A stretch of 64,000 nt of DNA from Mobula hypostoma (taxonomy: Eukaryota). Positions 25,301 to 40,300 of this stretch are shown here, piece by piece. Position numbers and translations under genes: made by a program. Numbering within the stretch: position 1 is the first letter of the stretch; each line of letters begins with the position of its first letter. Under the pieces are notes generated by a model. That model had not been told where the DNA came from, made no database searches, and was given only the letters and a program-made list of their open reading frames with translations. The stretch lies in the NCBI RefSeq assembly GCF_963921235.1, contig NC_086109.1:27902001-27966000 (forward strand), given 5' to 3'.

Positions 25301-28300
25301 CAGAGCTCATTGGTACCATAATCAATTCATTTGGGAAAGCTGATATACATTTTAATTTTTAACAATTTCAATGCAGCAAGTGATATAATGTTATTGCATT
25401 ACCTATGTGATCACACTGATCCCTCAATACTTTATATTCTGCACGAATAAAGAATGTAGAATAAGTGAAGACATTTTTCAGCTCCTTACCTGCTTTCTAG
25501 TCCTATGCTGCATTCAGATGTTTCATCATCACTGCTGAGTTCTCCATTTTCTAAAAAAATGTAAAGGTCAGGAAAGCAAATTATTTAACTTGTCTAAGAT
25601 CAGTGTTCACATATTTGACACACATGAAAACGATTTTGTTCATAGATCTGCAATTCTTTTTGGCTGATGTTTCACACACATACATAATGACTTGTACAGT
25701 TGCTGAGGCACTTCATTACCTAGACATCTGATAATTTGCTTAAGAATTCTTTGAGTTAATTGTGGTGAAAATATGATTTATTGTTAATTTTTTGTTGAAG
25801 TTACCACACCTTAAACATTGCATGTTAATAATTACATTTGAAATTATACTGTAATTCTTGGGGAATATCCAATATACAAGCCATTTCTATAATAACTCAG
25901 TGCAGTAAATCAGATTTTCCTCTGATATGCCCATTTTAAATTGAAAACAAATATTTCTGACATTTAATGAGTAAAATTCATTGTTCAATGTATTGTTGCT
26001 GTAACATTTGAAATATCTTTTCTAATTCTAACAGTCACTATGAAAAATTAAACCTAGTTGTTGTGAAAACATGGATTAATTGATGCTGATCTGCAAATCT
26101 TATAGTTTTTAGGCTTTTAATAAATATTTCATTACAAATTATACAATCCTTATGATATTGAGGAGAAAAGGTAAAACAGAACAGAGAGCAGACTACCTTG
26201 TGAAACACTTTGAAGCAATGTCTGTAGTTCAGGAATAGATTCAGCTTTTTCCCTTAACATGTTAATCAGCTGAGATGGAACAGAGTCAGTCACATCTGCT
26301 TGTTTTAATCGACCTTCCAGCAACTTAATCTGAGCCTCTTTCTGAGCCACTTGCATCCCCTGGGAATGAAAATAATCGAGTAGCTCAAATTCACCGTCAC
26401 ATAGCGAACATCGATAACAAGTTGGATGTCAATTAACCCTTTATGTATTAGTAGGGTACTTCACTCCACATATAATATAGATCAAACACTCTTTGATCTT
26501 TAGCCAGCATGCACATAGGTGTGTTCCTGAGCAAGGAGATTGTGGGCTCAACATGCTTGCACCTTTCACAGGCTTATAACTAATGCAAAAGCATTTTCAC
26601 TTTTCCATCACTTTGCTGTTTGAGAACTAAAGGATGCAATGCTGCTTTAAGTACTTTACCTCAAAAACATAATATTCCCAGAGCACAGTCAAAAGAAACA
26701 GCTATCCAGATACAGTACATCAGAAGATGCTGGCTAATGCCAGGTGTCACTTTTACAGGAGACATTAAAGCTGTTTACAATGCAAATATTTATGTTTTCC
26801 GATGACCTTGCAGCTAACTGACGACTATTCACCACAAGGGCACAGAGAACAAACGCACCTTGTCAATTGACATTTTAAGAAAGTGATCCAGCAGGTGGCG
26901 CGCTTCAGCCAGGGAACACGAACTTATTACAACAGACGTGTCCGTTGAATTAATTTCATCCTGCAAAACACATCAAGAAAATTATAAAAGTGTCTCATTT
27001 GTTTGGTGTGTGGCACATCGTATGACATGGGCGATCATGGTTTTTCCATAACCGTGACTGTTTTTGGAAAATTTTTCTTCTGAAGGGGTTTGCCATTGCC
27101 TTCTTCTGGGCAGTATCCTTGCAAGATGGGTGACCCCAGCCATTATCAATACTCTTCAGAGATTGTCTACCTGATGTCAGCAGTCGCATAACCAGGACTG
27201 TGATATGCACCATCTGCTCCCATGGCTTCATATGACCCCTCCTGAGGGGCTAAGCAGGTGCTACACCTTATCCAAGGGTGACCTGCAGGCAAGCAGAGGG
27301 AAGGAGAGCCTTACACCTCCTTTGGTAGAGATGTATCTCCACCCTGTCACCCTAAAAGAGACAGTAACTGGTGAAAGTACCTCAGAACACTAAAACTGAC
27401 TGAGAATCATTAATTATACATTAATTCATGTTTTTCATCCTTTACATCCATTTTTCAAACTGTCTTCCCCTTTTTAGGGGAATTTCTGTGCCAGACCTTG
27501 AAACTCAAAAAGACGCATCTTTAAACCTTTACAGTGAGCATGCTTTACAATTTCCTTTCAGTAATTTTGTCAACCACACTAACCCACAAAAGGTTGTGAT
27601 TACTATTGGATGCACAATTGACCACAGAGACACAGTTAAGTAATAAGTGAGACCAAAGTCACATTTTCAGGAAAATCCAAAACATTTTTGACTCCGTCTA
27701 GCTCAGTGTTAACAGTTGATGTGCGTGAACCTACAGTGGTTACATGACTAATTATTTTCCATTAATCAGTGACACTCCCATTCTATTTGGCCAAAGAGGA
27801 ATTCTATAGATGCTGCCTGACCTGCTGAGTAACCCTGTGTGTGTATTTCTAAATTCATCATAAGGCTTTTAATGATTTTGGTTTATATAGATGAACTGAA
27901 GCCAATAATAATAGTCTAATGAGCCATTGAACATATGACAAAAAAAACTATTCAACATGAAACAGCGGAATTCTTTCTGACATCCTGCCAATATTTATTT
28001 CTCTATTGCCTCTAAAAAATACTTTTTTTTGGACATTTACATATGTTCAATTGTTCTTTAACTGCTGGTCGTCCATGCATACTACTCATCTCATTAAGGT
28101 TATTGTTCTTTTACGTGTTCCATGTTTGTTAGGAGCAGTCTTTAAAACTTAACACTTTCTTTACTACTTAACACGATCAAGTTAGCACACCTAATGCAAA
28201 ACCGCCACTGCCTGTAAGGAGTTTGTACGTTCTTCCTGTGACCACATGGGTTTTTCTCCCACAGTCCAAACACATACCGGTTGGTAGGTTATTTGGTCAT

Positions 28301-31300
28301 TATAAGTTGTCCTGTGATTAAGCTACAGTTAAATGGGGGGGTTGCTGGGCAGCACAATTCAAAGAGCCAGAAGGGCCTAATCCGTGTAAAGAATAAAGAA
28401 ATAAATAACTTTTAAAATGGATATGAATTTCTTCGACATTTTATTGGATGTTACAGTGCCTAAACTGTCTACTGAATTTCTAACATTACAACAGAGGCAA
28501 CATACTACAAATTGTTCTCTCATTATAAAGATCTTTAGATGTTGAGGCCACACAAATACAAGTACTTATTTGCTTCTTTCAGAGACCATTAATTTTTTTG
28601 GGACGTCAGTGAATTCTAAAGCACTGAATGGGCTATTTGTCAGTTTCCAGGGCCTAGTTTAAAATTCAGGAGTTTCCCACCAGTACTACAATGAATGGTT
28701 TCTTTGGGAGTTCCACCGGTCTTAGCTGCTGGCCACTCATGGATACTCCTGGCCTCATTAAAGTTAATGTTCTTTCATATTTTCTGGTTGTAATGAACAT
28801 TCTTTAATACTCCACTCTATCAAGTGAACACAGCTAGTGCAAAACGAGCTTTAAATACCGAGATTAATTTCTCCCTTGGAACCAAAAGCCTTCCCATTCT
28901 CCACTTTCCCTAAACCTATCCCAGGAAAAAGTAAAACTGTCATCAGCTGCTTTTAATAGACTTACTTGCAATAATACCAAATTTAACCAGCAACTTTGAT
29001 GTATGTTGCTTGAATTTCCAGCATCTGCAGAATTCCTGTTGTTTAAATTTAACCAGGTTAAGTTTCAAGTTTTAATTTAGTACAGGCTATTCAACTGACT
29101 TAATTTCACTTCACGTCGACTGTTTTAATATACTGTATGCTTTTCAAACAGTTACACTGGGGTTCAACCAGGTTACTGCCAGATCAGACTTCTCTTGTAA
29201 TGTTAACCTGTTTTTTAACTTCTCAATTTGTTGCACTCCTCTTCCTACAACCTCCCTCTAGCATCTCACTAAACGAACCACCAGGCTGAATCAAGTTAGA
29301 ATCAGGTGTAACTGGTGGTTCGGAAGGGAATGGCTGGTTGTTCACCCCTCAGTTTGTTTTGAACTTGTGGCATATGTGACCTCCCACTCTACTGGTGGTT
29401 TCACCATTGAACTACTGATATGATGGAGAGCAGACCAGGTGCACTTCACATCAGCTCCCTAGGGAAGATAATACCCTCACTCATTTGAAAGGGGTCACAG
29501 ACCCTATAGAGAAAAGCAAGTGCAATAACTGCTTAAAATGTTCTATTCTATTTTGAGAATTCTAATTATTGTTGATACGTCAGCTTTTAATTTTACTGAT
29601 TTTTTAAAAAGTTTTAAAAATTATTTGCATTCACTTCATTAGCTTTAAAATGTCTCTTTCAAATCAATCCAGTTTAATGTCACGTGCACAAGAACAAAGA
29701 GGTACAAGTACAAAGAAAAATGTGCTTGAAGCAGCATCACAGGCACATAGGTTTATGTAACAAGCAGAACATAACTTATACCATATAGTGTAGGAAAAGA
29801 AACTGTGCAAAAATAAACACAATCAAGGGCAGGCCGATGATCATGCAAAAGGTGGTCTGTAGTGCACTGGTAGAGGTTAATAAGGTATTCTGGCAGCACA
29901 GCGATGTGCAGTTCGAGTTTTGCTTGTCTCTCTATGCTTGCGGGCATCTCTCAGTTGTGGGTATTTAGCTCAATCACCCCTCCGAGACTGGCAACGATAG
30001 GCTGTGGGCATGATCTCCTGGCAGTAAGTCCAGGCAATAGGTGGGATCCAGTATGATCCAAGCCAATGTTGTATATTACCATTTTGATCTCATGTTATCC
30101 CAGTCAACCCAATGATTTTAGCCTTTGTGGACAAATTCATTTTATACTTCCTTCCTCTATCACAGAGGTCTTGTCTGCTGTTCTCATTTCACTGCAGATC
30201 ATCCTATGCACACACACACACTCTCGCATGTGCCATTACACCCCCTCCCTCCCACTCCTTGTTTAAAGCTATTCATCATTTATCTTTACTTATTTTCAAT
30301 ACCTACACACTTCAAGTGCCAAATGGCTGCAGATTGACTATGTCTAAGTACCTTGGTTTCTTCGATCTGCATTATGGTAGCCTGGCATTCAGAAATGTTG
30401 TCATTAATATAATCAATATTTGCATTCAAAGTCTCGAGCTCCTCATTTATTTCCTGGATAGACCCATCGTCTGGATTTTCATTTTGAATCCGTTCCCTTT
30501 TCCCGTGTAGCATTTCCTGTAGACCAATAAGTTCCTCTCGTTTCTGTAAATAAATGATATAAATTGCCTGATTATTACTGGTTTTCAAAAGTTTTAATAG
30601 ATGATGAGGAAATCCCAGTTGAAGCTCATGTTGGACTGTGTCCTCACCTCTAGCAACCATTTGTTAAAGATCAGGTAAACGGTGATTGGAAACATAAGGA
30701 GATCATATCAGTTACAAGATCAAAGATTGTCTAGGCTGTTGCTTATCTTGGTATACATAACTATGTTGTACTGCGCTGATACAGATATACACTTGCCACA
30801 GCAAACCAGTATATGTGCAACAGAACATGTATCCCATTATCACAGCACTGAAATCAATTGCCATTGACTGCTTTAAAACATAAGAGAACATCTCTCCCTT
30901 CCCAATCTCACATCTTTGTAAGTCTGGCACACCCAGTCTTTCGCAGGAGGGGTGTATGACAACATTATTACATAAGAACCTAAGATATAAGAGCAAGAAT
31001 AGGCCATCTGGCCCGTTGAGCCTGTTCCACCATTCAATAAGATCATGGCTGATCTGGCCATGGACTCATCTCCACCTACCTGCCTTTCCCCAAAACCCTT
31101 AATTCTCCAACTGCGCAAGAAATATTGTTCAATTCTGTAGGATAACTCTTGTAATTCAACTCGTTTACTTCTTTACTGACCTACTGATCCAATGCCTGGT
31201 CTAAGCATGTAAATGGATTGCCCTGAACTAGTTACAAAGAGAATAAGAAAGGTATTGCTGCTGCTTATTCCATGCGGAACTAAATGAAATCATGGTAGTA

Positions 31301-34300
31301 ATCAAAGACAAGCAGTAGAACACAATGTCAAAGGAATGATCCTCTGAACTTTTCCTAGGCACAAGTTCAATATGCGTACATATCACTACAATACCAAGAT
31401 GTCAACTTAGAAACTGTTAAAAACAAGGAGGTGTTGAGCAGCTAGTTCAAGGAACTATTTAAACGTAATAGCTTTTGATGAATATTAAGCAAAATGATGC
31501 ATCATCATTGCAATTCATTAAAATATTTTTGTTAAAATGGATTTAAACTGTAAATATTTATGTGGGTAGGTTTTTCTTAAACAGGTTTAATATAGCATGT
31601 TGTACCATTGTTTAAATTCTCACTGATTTCGAGAGGGTTTAACAAATATTCTTCACAAAATTATTTCAATATTTTCTGCCAAAACTAATGGTTCCAAAAC
31701 TTCCACATGTGTGTCAACATCTTAAGCACATATACTAGCTAGGCTGTGTAAGACTTTGCACAGTAGAATAATAATTTTATGTATTGTACTGTACTGCTGC
31801 CGCAAAAACTAAAAAAATTCACAACATATTTGAGAGATGATAAATCTATTCTGATACGGGTTTCTATTGTGGACTGAGAGTGCAAAGGGGGCAAGGAGAG
31901 GGGAGTCATGGTTGAGAAAAGGGGACGGGAGAGGGGATGGAGTGGGCAGCACCAGAGAGATATTTTGTAATGATCAATAAACCAATTGTTTGGAATCAAA
32001 TTACCTTGCTTAGTGTCTCAGGGCTGGATGTGTCTGCATCCATGCTACATCCTGCCCCTGGCAATCCTCCTCTGCCATCAGACCCACACCTCCCTCGCAG
32101 TGCTGCATTCTGTAATTCCCAACATCCTCCTCTCCCGCCAGATCTTCAAACTCACTTTCTGCTCCACATTGACAAATACAGTACTGGGCAAACTTCCAAT
32201 TTCAATGTGCTTTTTATGCCTTGTTCCAAGATGCAGTAAGGCAAAACGAAGTTGAAGAAATGTGGGAGAACACTCCTCAGTAAGTAAGAAATTAAGTCCC
32301 CCACTTTTCTTGTTAAGTCATTGTCAATTTCTTGGGCAAAATATCCTCAAAGCTACTATGAAGGCAAGGCTTAAAACAGACTATTCTGGGTTTCATCAGA
32401 AAATTGTCTTCATGAATTTACTCTGGCCGTGATTACAACTGGAGTATAATTGTTCCATTATACCAATTGATTAATTTTAGAAGTAAAGGAATGACATTGC
32501 ACCAGGCTATCAAAGATTCCACTGAAAATGTTGCAACGTCTCCAAAAAAAATTGACTTGGTAGTTTATTTTGTATTTAAACAACCAGGACTTCAAGTATT
32601 TCATTCCAACAGCCTAAAGTACTGATTGCTTTTAGGTATCACTTTACAGAACTTCCATTATAATATGAAAAAAAATCTTCATGGTAAATTGTTAAATTCA
32701 TTCTTCGAGCTGAATTGCAATCTCTTATGCCCCAAGTTGCAAATGGCATTTGATAACAGGATGGTAAGGGTAACTGTACATCCAGGACCCAAGATAACAA
32801 CTTGTATCAAGTATTTATTTAACTAAATGAATTTAGGAATTCAAGAACAAACAGTGCAAAGACTGAAGCTACTGTAAGCTGGCTAAATTGAATTCCAAAT
32901 CAGGGATGGAATTTAAAGTAACTAAGGGTGAATAAAAGACAGGATTATAGAGGAAAAACAATATCAAATATATTCAACTAAAAATAATCATTGTTTAAAT
33001 CTCTAACAAGAAATAAGATTCCACACTCACAATGGTTAATTTTTACTGTCAGATATTAATTGGCAGTGGTTAATGCTTAATGCACAGAATCTCTTACAGC
33101 TAAATTAACTGAATAAATGGGTCCAAAGTCATTTTGAATCAGTGACAGTTTTTACCTACTTCAGGTATATCGGGTAAAAAGAGCAACTCTTATGCTTTTC
33201 AATGCTGTTGACAGAGAATGCTGTTTTTATTTTAAAGCTAAGTTAATGGCACTTCATAGCCAGGAAAATTACTTGAAGATTTCCTTAAGTTGTCAAGGAT
33301 CTGTCCTCACCTCTTATACAACAATGGTGTGAATTTTGACTTTATTTTGGCAAAAACATTACACCCTAGATCCAGCAGTGAATTCTTCAGTATGGATTAG
33401 ATACATGTGGAAAATAACCTTTAACTCTACACGCTTATGTTAATAAACCAAAGTGAATACCCCTAGAAGGCGATTCATATCTGCTTCCAAGTTGGATATA
33501 GTCATCCTCTGCATCACAATATCACTTATCCTGCTTTCCAGTGCCTGCCATTTTAGCCGCGCTGTTTTAGAAAAGTTCTCACCAACTCCCTTTTTCGGGT
33601 ATTTGTTTTTTCTGTGGAATTAAAAACAAAACAACACATTTTAACAAAAAGACTTGGTGAAAGAGATGCAGTGAATTTGCATTATTCATTGAGTTGTGGG
33701 AGAGGGGACCCCAAAAAAAGTAATTTGATTTCATGAAATACATTTTAAACAAGTAGCAAACCATATAATACACAACGCTGGGAAGCTAGATTTGCATATT
33801 GCTTAATGGACGGTGAGAGTGAACGTGATTTGAGTCCCTGTCTCCTCCAAGCAATTTCTTTTCTTGCATGTACAGTATATTTCTTTACGGCAAAATGTAT
33901 TGGCTTTATATCATGGTATTATATACTGTACAGTATCTATCGTATTATTTTGTTAAATATTATCATGATAGTGATGCTGGTTTCATATCATGTTATTGAT
34001 ACTGGCTTATGTTATGCATGCTTAGGTCAGTGTAAAGATACACATTAATTTCTGATGTACTTACATGAATAAAACAAAGCCTGGAAGCAAAATAGCAGTG
34101 ACATTAAAATTCCTTCAGCGACCACTGAAAACAGTAGGAGACCAAATAAGCAGCAGTATTGGCAGATGGCTTCCCAAAAAATGGACCACATCTACTCATT
34201 CTCTCTTCACTGCTTTTTTAACAACTACACAGCTTTTTATCAACAGCCTCTGCTCAATTGAGTAATGGAGCTTTCATCAGAAAAGATAGAAAATTATTAA

Positions 34301-37300
34301 AAATATTTTTTATTCATTTATTCATTTACGAGATGTGGGTGTCACCAGCTTAAGGCATCAGTTAGTCTTGCGAGACCATGGACCTGCGCCTGGAAAGTCT
34401 TCACTCTCCAAGGCGCAGGCCTGGGCAAGGTTGTATGGAAGACTGGCAGTTGCCCATGCTGCAAGTCTCCTACGACACCGATGTTGTCCAAGGGAAGGGC
34501 ATTAGGACCCATACAGCTTGGCACCAGTGTCTTTGCAGAGCACTGTATGTTAAGTGCCTTGCTCAAGGACACAACACGCTGCCTCGGCTGGGGCTCGGAC
34601 TCACGACCTTCAGATCGCTAGTCAAATGCCTTAACCACTTGGCCACGTGCCCACGTCACCAGCTAAGCCAGGATTTATTGCCCATCCCTGGTTGCCCTTG
34701 AGAAGGTGGTGATGAGCTGCCTTCTTGAACTGCTGCAGTCTCTGAGGTGTTCAACCCATTAGAAGTTCTAACGCCATTTTTAACAACTGAATTTATCTAT
34801 TTAGCCCTCTGATGCAATGCAAAGCCAAAAGAATTGTCAGAACTTTTTACATTAACTGCCAGGTTTAATTTGGGGGAAAATACTTTGTTTCTATGTTGTA
34901 CCTTTTCTGATCATAGCAAAAGCTTTCAATAAGTCAAATTTTTAGTGCTGACAGATTTACCCTAACCTCTTCTGCTGGATGTTTTTTCCACAAGCCACTG
35001 TGGTAGTTTACAGAACTCATCACCTCCATTTCTTTCTCTGACTGGAGTTCATTAATGATGGATTATTGTTCAACTTTAAAGATTGCCTGTTACTTCCATA
35101 CTTGCCTCACAGTTCTGGTTCCATTCACTGCAGAAACAGTTTCATTCCAAGCTGCATTTAACTTCTTGTTCCACTGCTTAACAATGTTGGACACTGACTT
35201 GGAGTGGGACTCTGGCTCCGAAGATGTAGTACTGGCTGAAAGCTCCATACCTGAATCCAATATATTTTGCTTCCGACTTACACGACCAGCAACTCGGTTG
35301 GACATGGGTTTGGCTAACCTTCGAAGAGCACTGACCTAACCATGGGAAAAAAAAGAGCTTAGAATAATAACCGATGAAAGAACTTGCTTTTAGGGTCAAG
35401 ATTCCTTTCTTCATTGCTGCCTCCTTCACATATTTTTCCTTCAAAAAACATTTCGCCACTCAAAACAATTTCACTATTTACCCGCAGGTAAAATAATCAC
35501 AGTTCACTTGCACTCTGTGTCTTCATGATTTTTCATTTTTTTTAGCTCTGACACAAAAACAGTGTACCAGGAGTATTACCCTCAGGAACAAATGCTCTGG
35601 AATAATGTTACATGCTGTTCTATAATTTATTTAGTTGTCCTCAAAAGATTGAGCAATGAGTAAAAGATTTCCTTCCTATCTTCACAATTTTCCGCTATGC
35701 CTTGAAATAAGACATCTCCTCGACTTTACTAAGAACTGAAGTTTGATGAAAAGATCAAAGTGCTTCACTTCTGACATACTAGATTTAAAAACTCCCAGAT
35801 ATGAAGAATTATCATTAAAATTGTATTTTTATGGGTACAGTATACTTTATTTATATTCACACACATATATATTATATGGCCTCCAACCTGATGACAGGAA
35901 CATCAATTTTTTGAACTTCTGATAGTGCCCCCCCTCACCATTCCCCATTCCCATTTCTCTCTCACCTTATCTCCTTATCTGCCCATCACCTCCCTCTGCT
36001 GCTCCTCCCCCTTCCCTTTCTTCCACGGCCTTCAGTCCTCTCCTATCAGATTCCCCCTTTCTCCAGCCCTTTATCTCTTTCACCAATCGACTTCCCAGCT
36101 CTTTACTTCATCCCTCCCTTCCACTTTCACATATCGTCCACTATTTGGTATTTCTTCCTCACTGCCCCCACCCCCCAACTTTCTTACTCGGACTTCTCAT
36201 CTTTTTTCTCCAGTCTTGATGAATGGTCTCCGCCTGAAACATCCATTGCTTACTCTTTTCCATAGATGCTGTGTGGCCTGCTGATTTTCTCCAGCATTTT
36301 GGGTGAGTGGCTATATATCAATATTGAATTCTATTGTGTCATTGCATCTTTACATCATTGTGTGGTATGAAAGCTGCAAGACCCTACAGAGGACAGTAAA
36401 AACTGCCAAGAGGACCATTGGGGTCTCCCTCCCCCTCCCCCCATTTGTGACATTTACTGGGAGTGTTGCAGACGAACGTTCCAAAATATTGTTGAGGATC
36501 CCTAACACCCAACCACAATCTCTTTGACCCACTACCATCTGAAGGAGATACAGAAGCATCAGGACTAGGACTACCAGACTGGGTAACAACTTCTTCCCTC
36601 AGGCTGTGAGACTAATGAATACCCTGCCACCACCGAGGTCTCATCACTAGGACAGCAAGCTGTTTACCTGTGCTGTGCTTTACTACATGCATTTTCAATT
36701 ATATTTTATTAATGTATTTATAGTATAATATTTTGGTTTATTTGTTGTGTTTAATATATTGTGTGGGTGCACTGTGGTCTGGAGAAACATTGTTTCGTTT
36801 GTTTGTATATATGTACAGTCAGCCTCTCTGTTCAACAACTTATTGAGTACTGATAGAGCACAGACACAGAATAAGGTTGATGTATGTCAATTTAACTGCC
36901 ATTGCAATCTCTAATTCCCCATTGCAGCTAGCCATCAACTTTCCATATTTCCAATGTCTGGCTATAACTAAGTTGCAGCCTTCTCCAAGATAAATAAAAA
37001 ATAAGTCTATTGCACAATTATTGTATAATTTTACCCATATTGTACAATGCAAGAAACAGATAGAGCAAGATTATTATAGAACAAAATAAACTCTCCTAAA
37101 GCACATTCAATTTAAGTTCATAATTAATTATGTTCAATTTGGATTATTAATGGCAATTTCCAAACCTCTTGTGTTTTTCTGCGTAGAACAAGTTCCTGTT
37201 GTCGTTTCTGAGACTCTAAAGCCCGAATTTGGTACTGAAAGAAAAAAAAATTAACAACAGCTTTATATCCAATGGCCATAAAGGCAGAATATATAACTAA

Positions 37301-40300
37301 TAAACAGGCTTTCCTTAATCTTACATTGTTAGTGGATTCCAGTTAATTGGGCCATGATTAATTGGGGCAGCTGCTTCTTTGGGACAACTCTTAATGAACA
37401 AAAGCTCATCAAGAAAATAGCAGGATTTCCTTTGTTTATTTGGCATACTATGCCACTTAATTGGGGCCGGAGACTGTTGTCAAATAGTTTCTAACTAGCG
37501 TTAGATGCCTGTTTGTGTGGTCATTAGACAACTAGTGTTAGATGTGCATTTGTGTGGCCGTTAGACACTACACCGTGCTTAGAGTGAACAGGTCTTAAAT
37601 AGCGTCAGTTGCGTGTGTTTGTGTTCAAAAAGCAGTGATTTTTGTCACTGATAGTTGGCAAGAAATAAGCATTAAGACAATTCAGAACCGTCTTGCTCAC
37701 TCAGTTTCAAGCATTCAGGCTTGGAGATGCCAGAAACAGCTGGGAGTGAAAAGGAAAGGATTTCATTACTTCAACAAGTTGGGAACTACAAAGAATTTGA
37801 AAATATCGACGATTGTCTTGAATGTTACAATAAGAATGAAAATTTGGAGGATGCAGTCACTGATAGCATTGTATGAAGACAGTCTGTTATGTGCATTAGG
37901 TGTCGGTGCTGATTTTGTTCATTTACTGTCAATCAGGAGAATGTGGCAGCATATAGTGGATGGACTATTAGGAGTTAATACACAGTTGTATAGTAACATA
38001 GTAGCATTGATCGTGTTCTAATTTTTTTGTATTTCTTTTAATGCATAATTCGTTACTCAGTTAAATGGTAGTTTGTCTTCTTTAATATCTTTTTGAAATT
38101 TCGGCTAATTGAGACAGCCGCTTAATTGGGCCAAATTGTACTGGACCCTATGTGTCCCAATTAGCTGGAATCCACTGTATGTTGTTGGTCATCAATTTTG
38201 TTGCCAGAATTCATGCCTACTTATGATCATGTTCTCTCGTTTCCCCAGTACTTACTTCTTGCCTCCTCTGCTCCTTTTTCAGTTGTGCAATTTCACGGTT
38301 CCTTTTACTTTCAATCATCCTCATTCGTTGCTGATCTTCTCTCATCTGCTTCATGAGAGTTACCTACAAAAGAAAATTCCAGGAGAAAACAAAACTAGTC
38401 ATTGGGTGTGGGGGAATAGGTTTTCCACAACTGCTTAATCCCACGGTGTGGGTTTTCTCTGGGTGCTCCGGATTCTCCCAACATTCCAAAGATGTACGGA
38501 TTAGAAGGTTAATTGGTCTCATTGGTGTAATTGTGTGGCAAGGGCTCGTTGGCCCTAAGTGCCTGTTATGGTGCTGTATCTCTAAATAAGTAAGTACACA
38601 AACAAACTTGTAAAAAGAATGCAGAAGAAAGATCTCCCAAACATTCAATTCATTGCATATACTGATTATTCAGTGTACATGACAGGACACGAAGTTATGT
38701 GACATCATATGTACAAAAAGTATAAGTTACAGCAAACAACAATAATTGATGGTCTCTGGAAGAATATTAAGTTTGCCTGACCTGGAACTCAGACAACATT
38801 CAACCAAGTACATGACTACAGCAACAAATGAAAAGACATCACCTTAATGCATGGAGGCAATGCTTTTGCACTTCCATTCTAATTCACATGAGAAGCAGCA
38901 ACCTTTTTGATACAGCTCTATCACAAAGTATGTATTTACAGAGAGACCAGGACAGATATAGGAGAATTAGAAATGGTTTAATATTGTCATATGTACTGAT
39001 ATGCAGTGAAAAGCTTCTCTTGCATATTCTTCAGACTGTTACACAGTGCATTGAGATAGAAAAAGGTAAAACAATAACAATGCAGAATAAAGTAATGTTT
39101 CCAGAAAATATGTAGTGCAGATAAACAATAAGGTGCAAAGTCATAACAACAAGTTAGATGGTGAAGTCAGGAATCCAGGTTTGAGTGCTCCATGGTCGAA
39201 GGCCAGTGATCGCCGTGGACAGACGTCAGGTTGGCATGCGCCATGGATGAAGACAGCGAGGATGACGACTGGTGACCCCTCCCAACCCCCCACCCAGGTC
39301 AGTGAGTCCCCTCGGGTCTGAGAGTCCGGGATTGGAGGTCTGTGCAGACAGGAGGGATGAGGACTCATGATCCCCTAGGTTGGCGAGTCAGTGAGTCTTG
39401 AATTCAAGGCCTGGCATTCAGGGGTCCTGTCATCAGTGATTCCTAGGGTCAATATCAAAGATTGAAGCCCAATGGTCAAAGATTGAAATCAGTGAGTCTG
39501 AAGTTGAGGTCCAATGGCTAGAGCCCTGGTTCTGGAAGTACACTGGGGAAGTCAGAGGCCTGAAAACTGTGTGAATGTGAACTGGCTAGAGGCATGGAAG
39601 TGCCTGTCTTGGGACTGGAGACCTCTCTGTGAATGGGTGAGTGTGAGGGAGGAAAGGAGCTTATTTTGCTGCTGTTTACCAATTTCTTATGCCTGCACTG
39701 TACTACTGCCACAAAACAACAAATTTCATGACGATAAACCTGATTCCGATTCTATAATATCAGCTACAACGTATTCCATGTCTACAAGAACAAAAGGACA
39801 AAATGATGCAAAAGAATAAGTTACCTTGGTTTTTCTCATTTCAGCCACTTCACTCTGCAACTTCCTCAACTCTCGTTCATAGCGAGTTTGATTTTTAAGC
39901 AGACGTGCATGTTCTTTCTGTGCCATCTGAAGTTTCTGGAGCTCTCGATTCATTTCCTTAAGCTTTTTCTCATAGTCTGCTTTAATTTTGCTAGCTCTTT
40001 CTTCCGTGTTGCATTCCATAGAACCTGAACCAAAATCATAAATATAATTTTATTATTTTCCAAGTTAAAGTGCCACCTGTATGTGGAATATTGGCATAGC
40101 ACCAGGGTGCACAGTCATGTTGTTATGATAATTTAGGCTACTTTGCATACTCTCCTACCTGGTCTCACTAGATCAACACTCCATAAATTTAAAGGCATCC
40201 AAAATTCTGCAACCTATGTCTTAACTCTCATCAAATCCTTTCCCGTTAATTCATTAGTCAGGAAAAGGGTGTGCTGCTTAAGATCAACAGTTATTACTCA

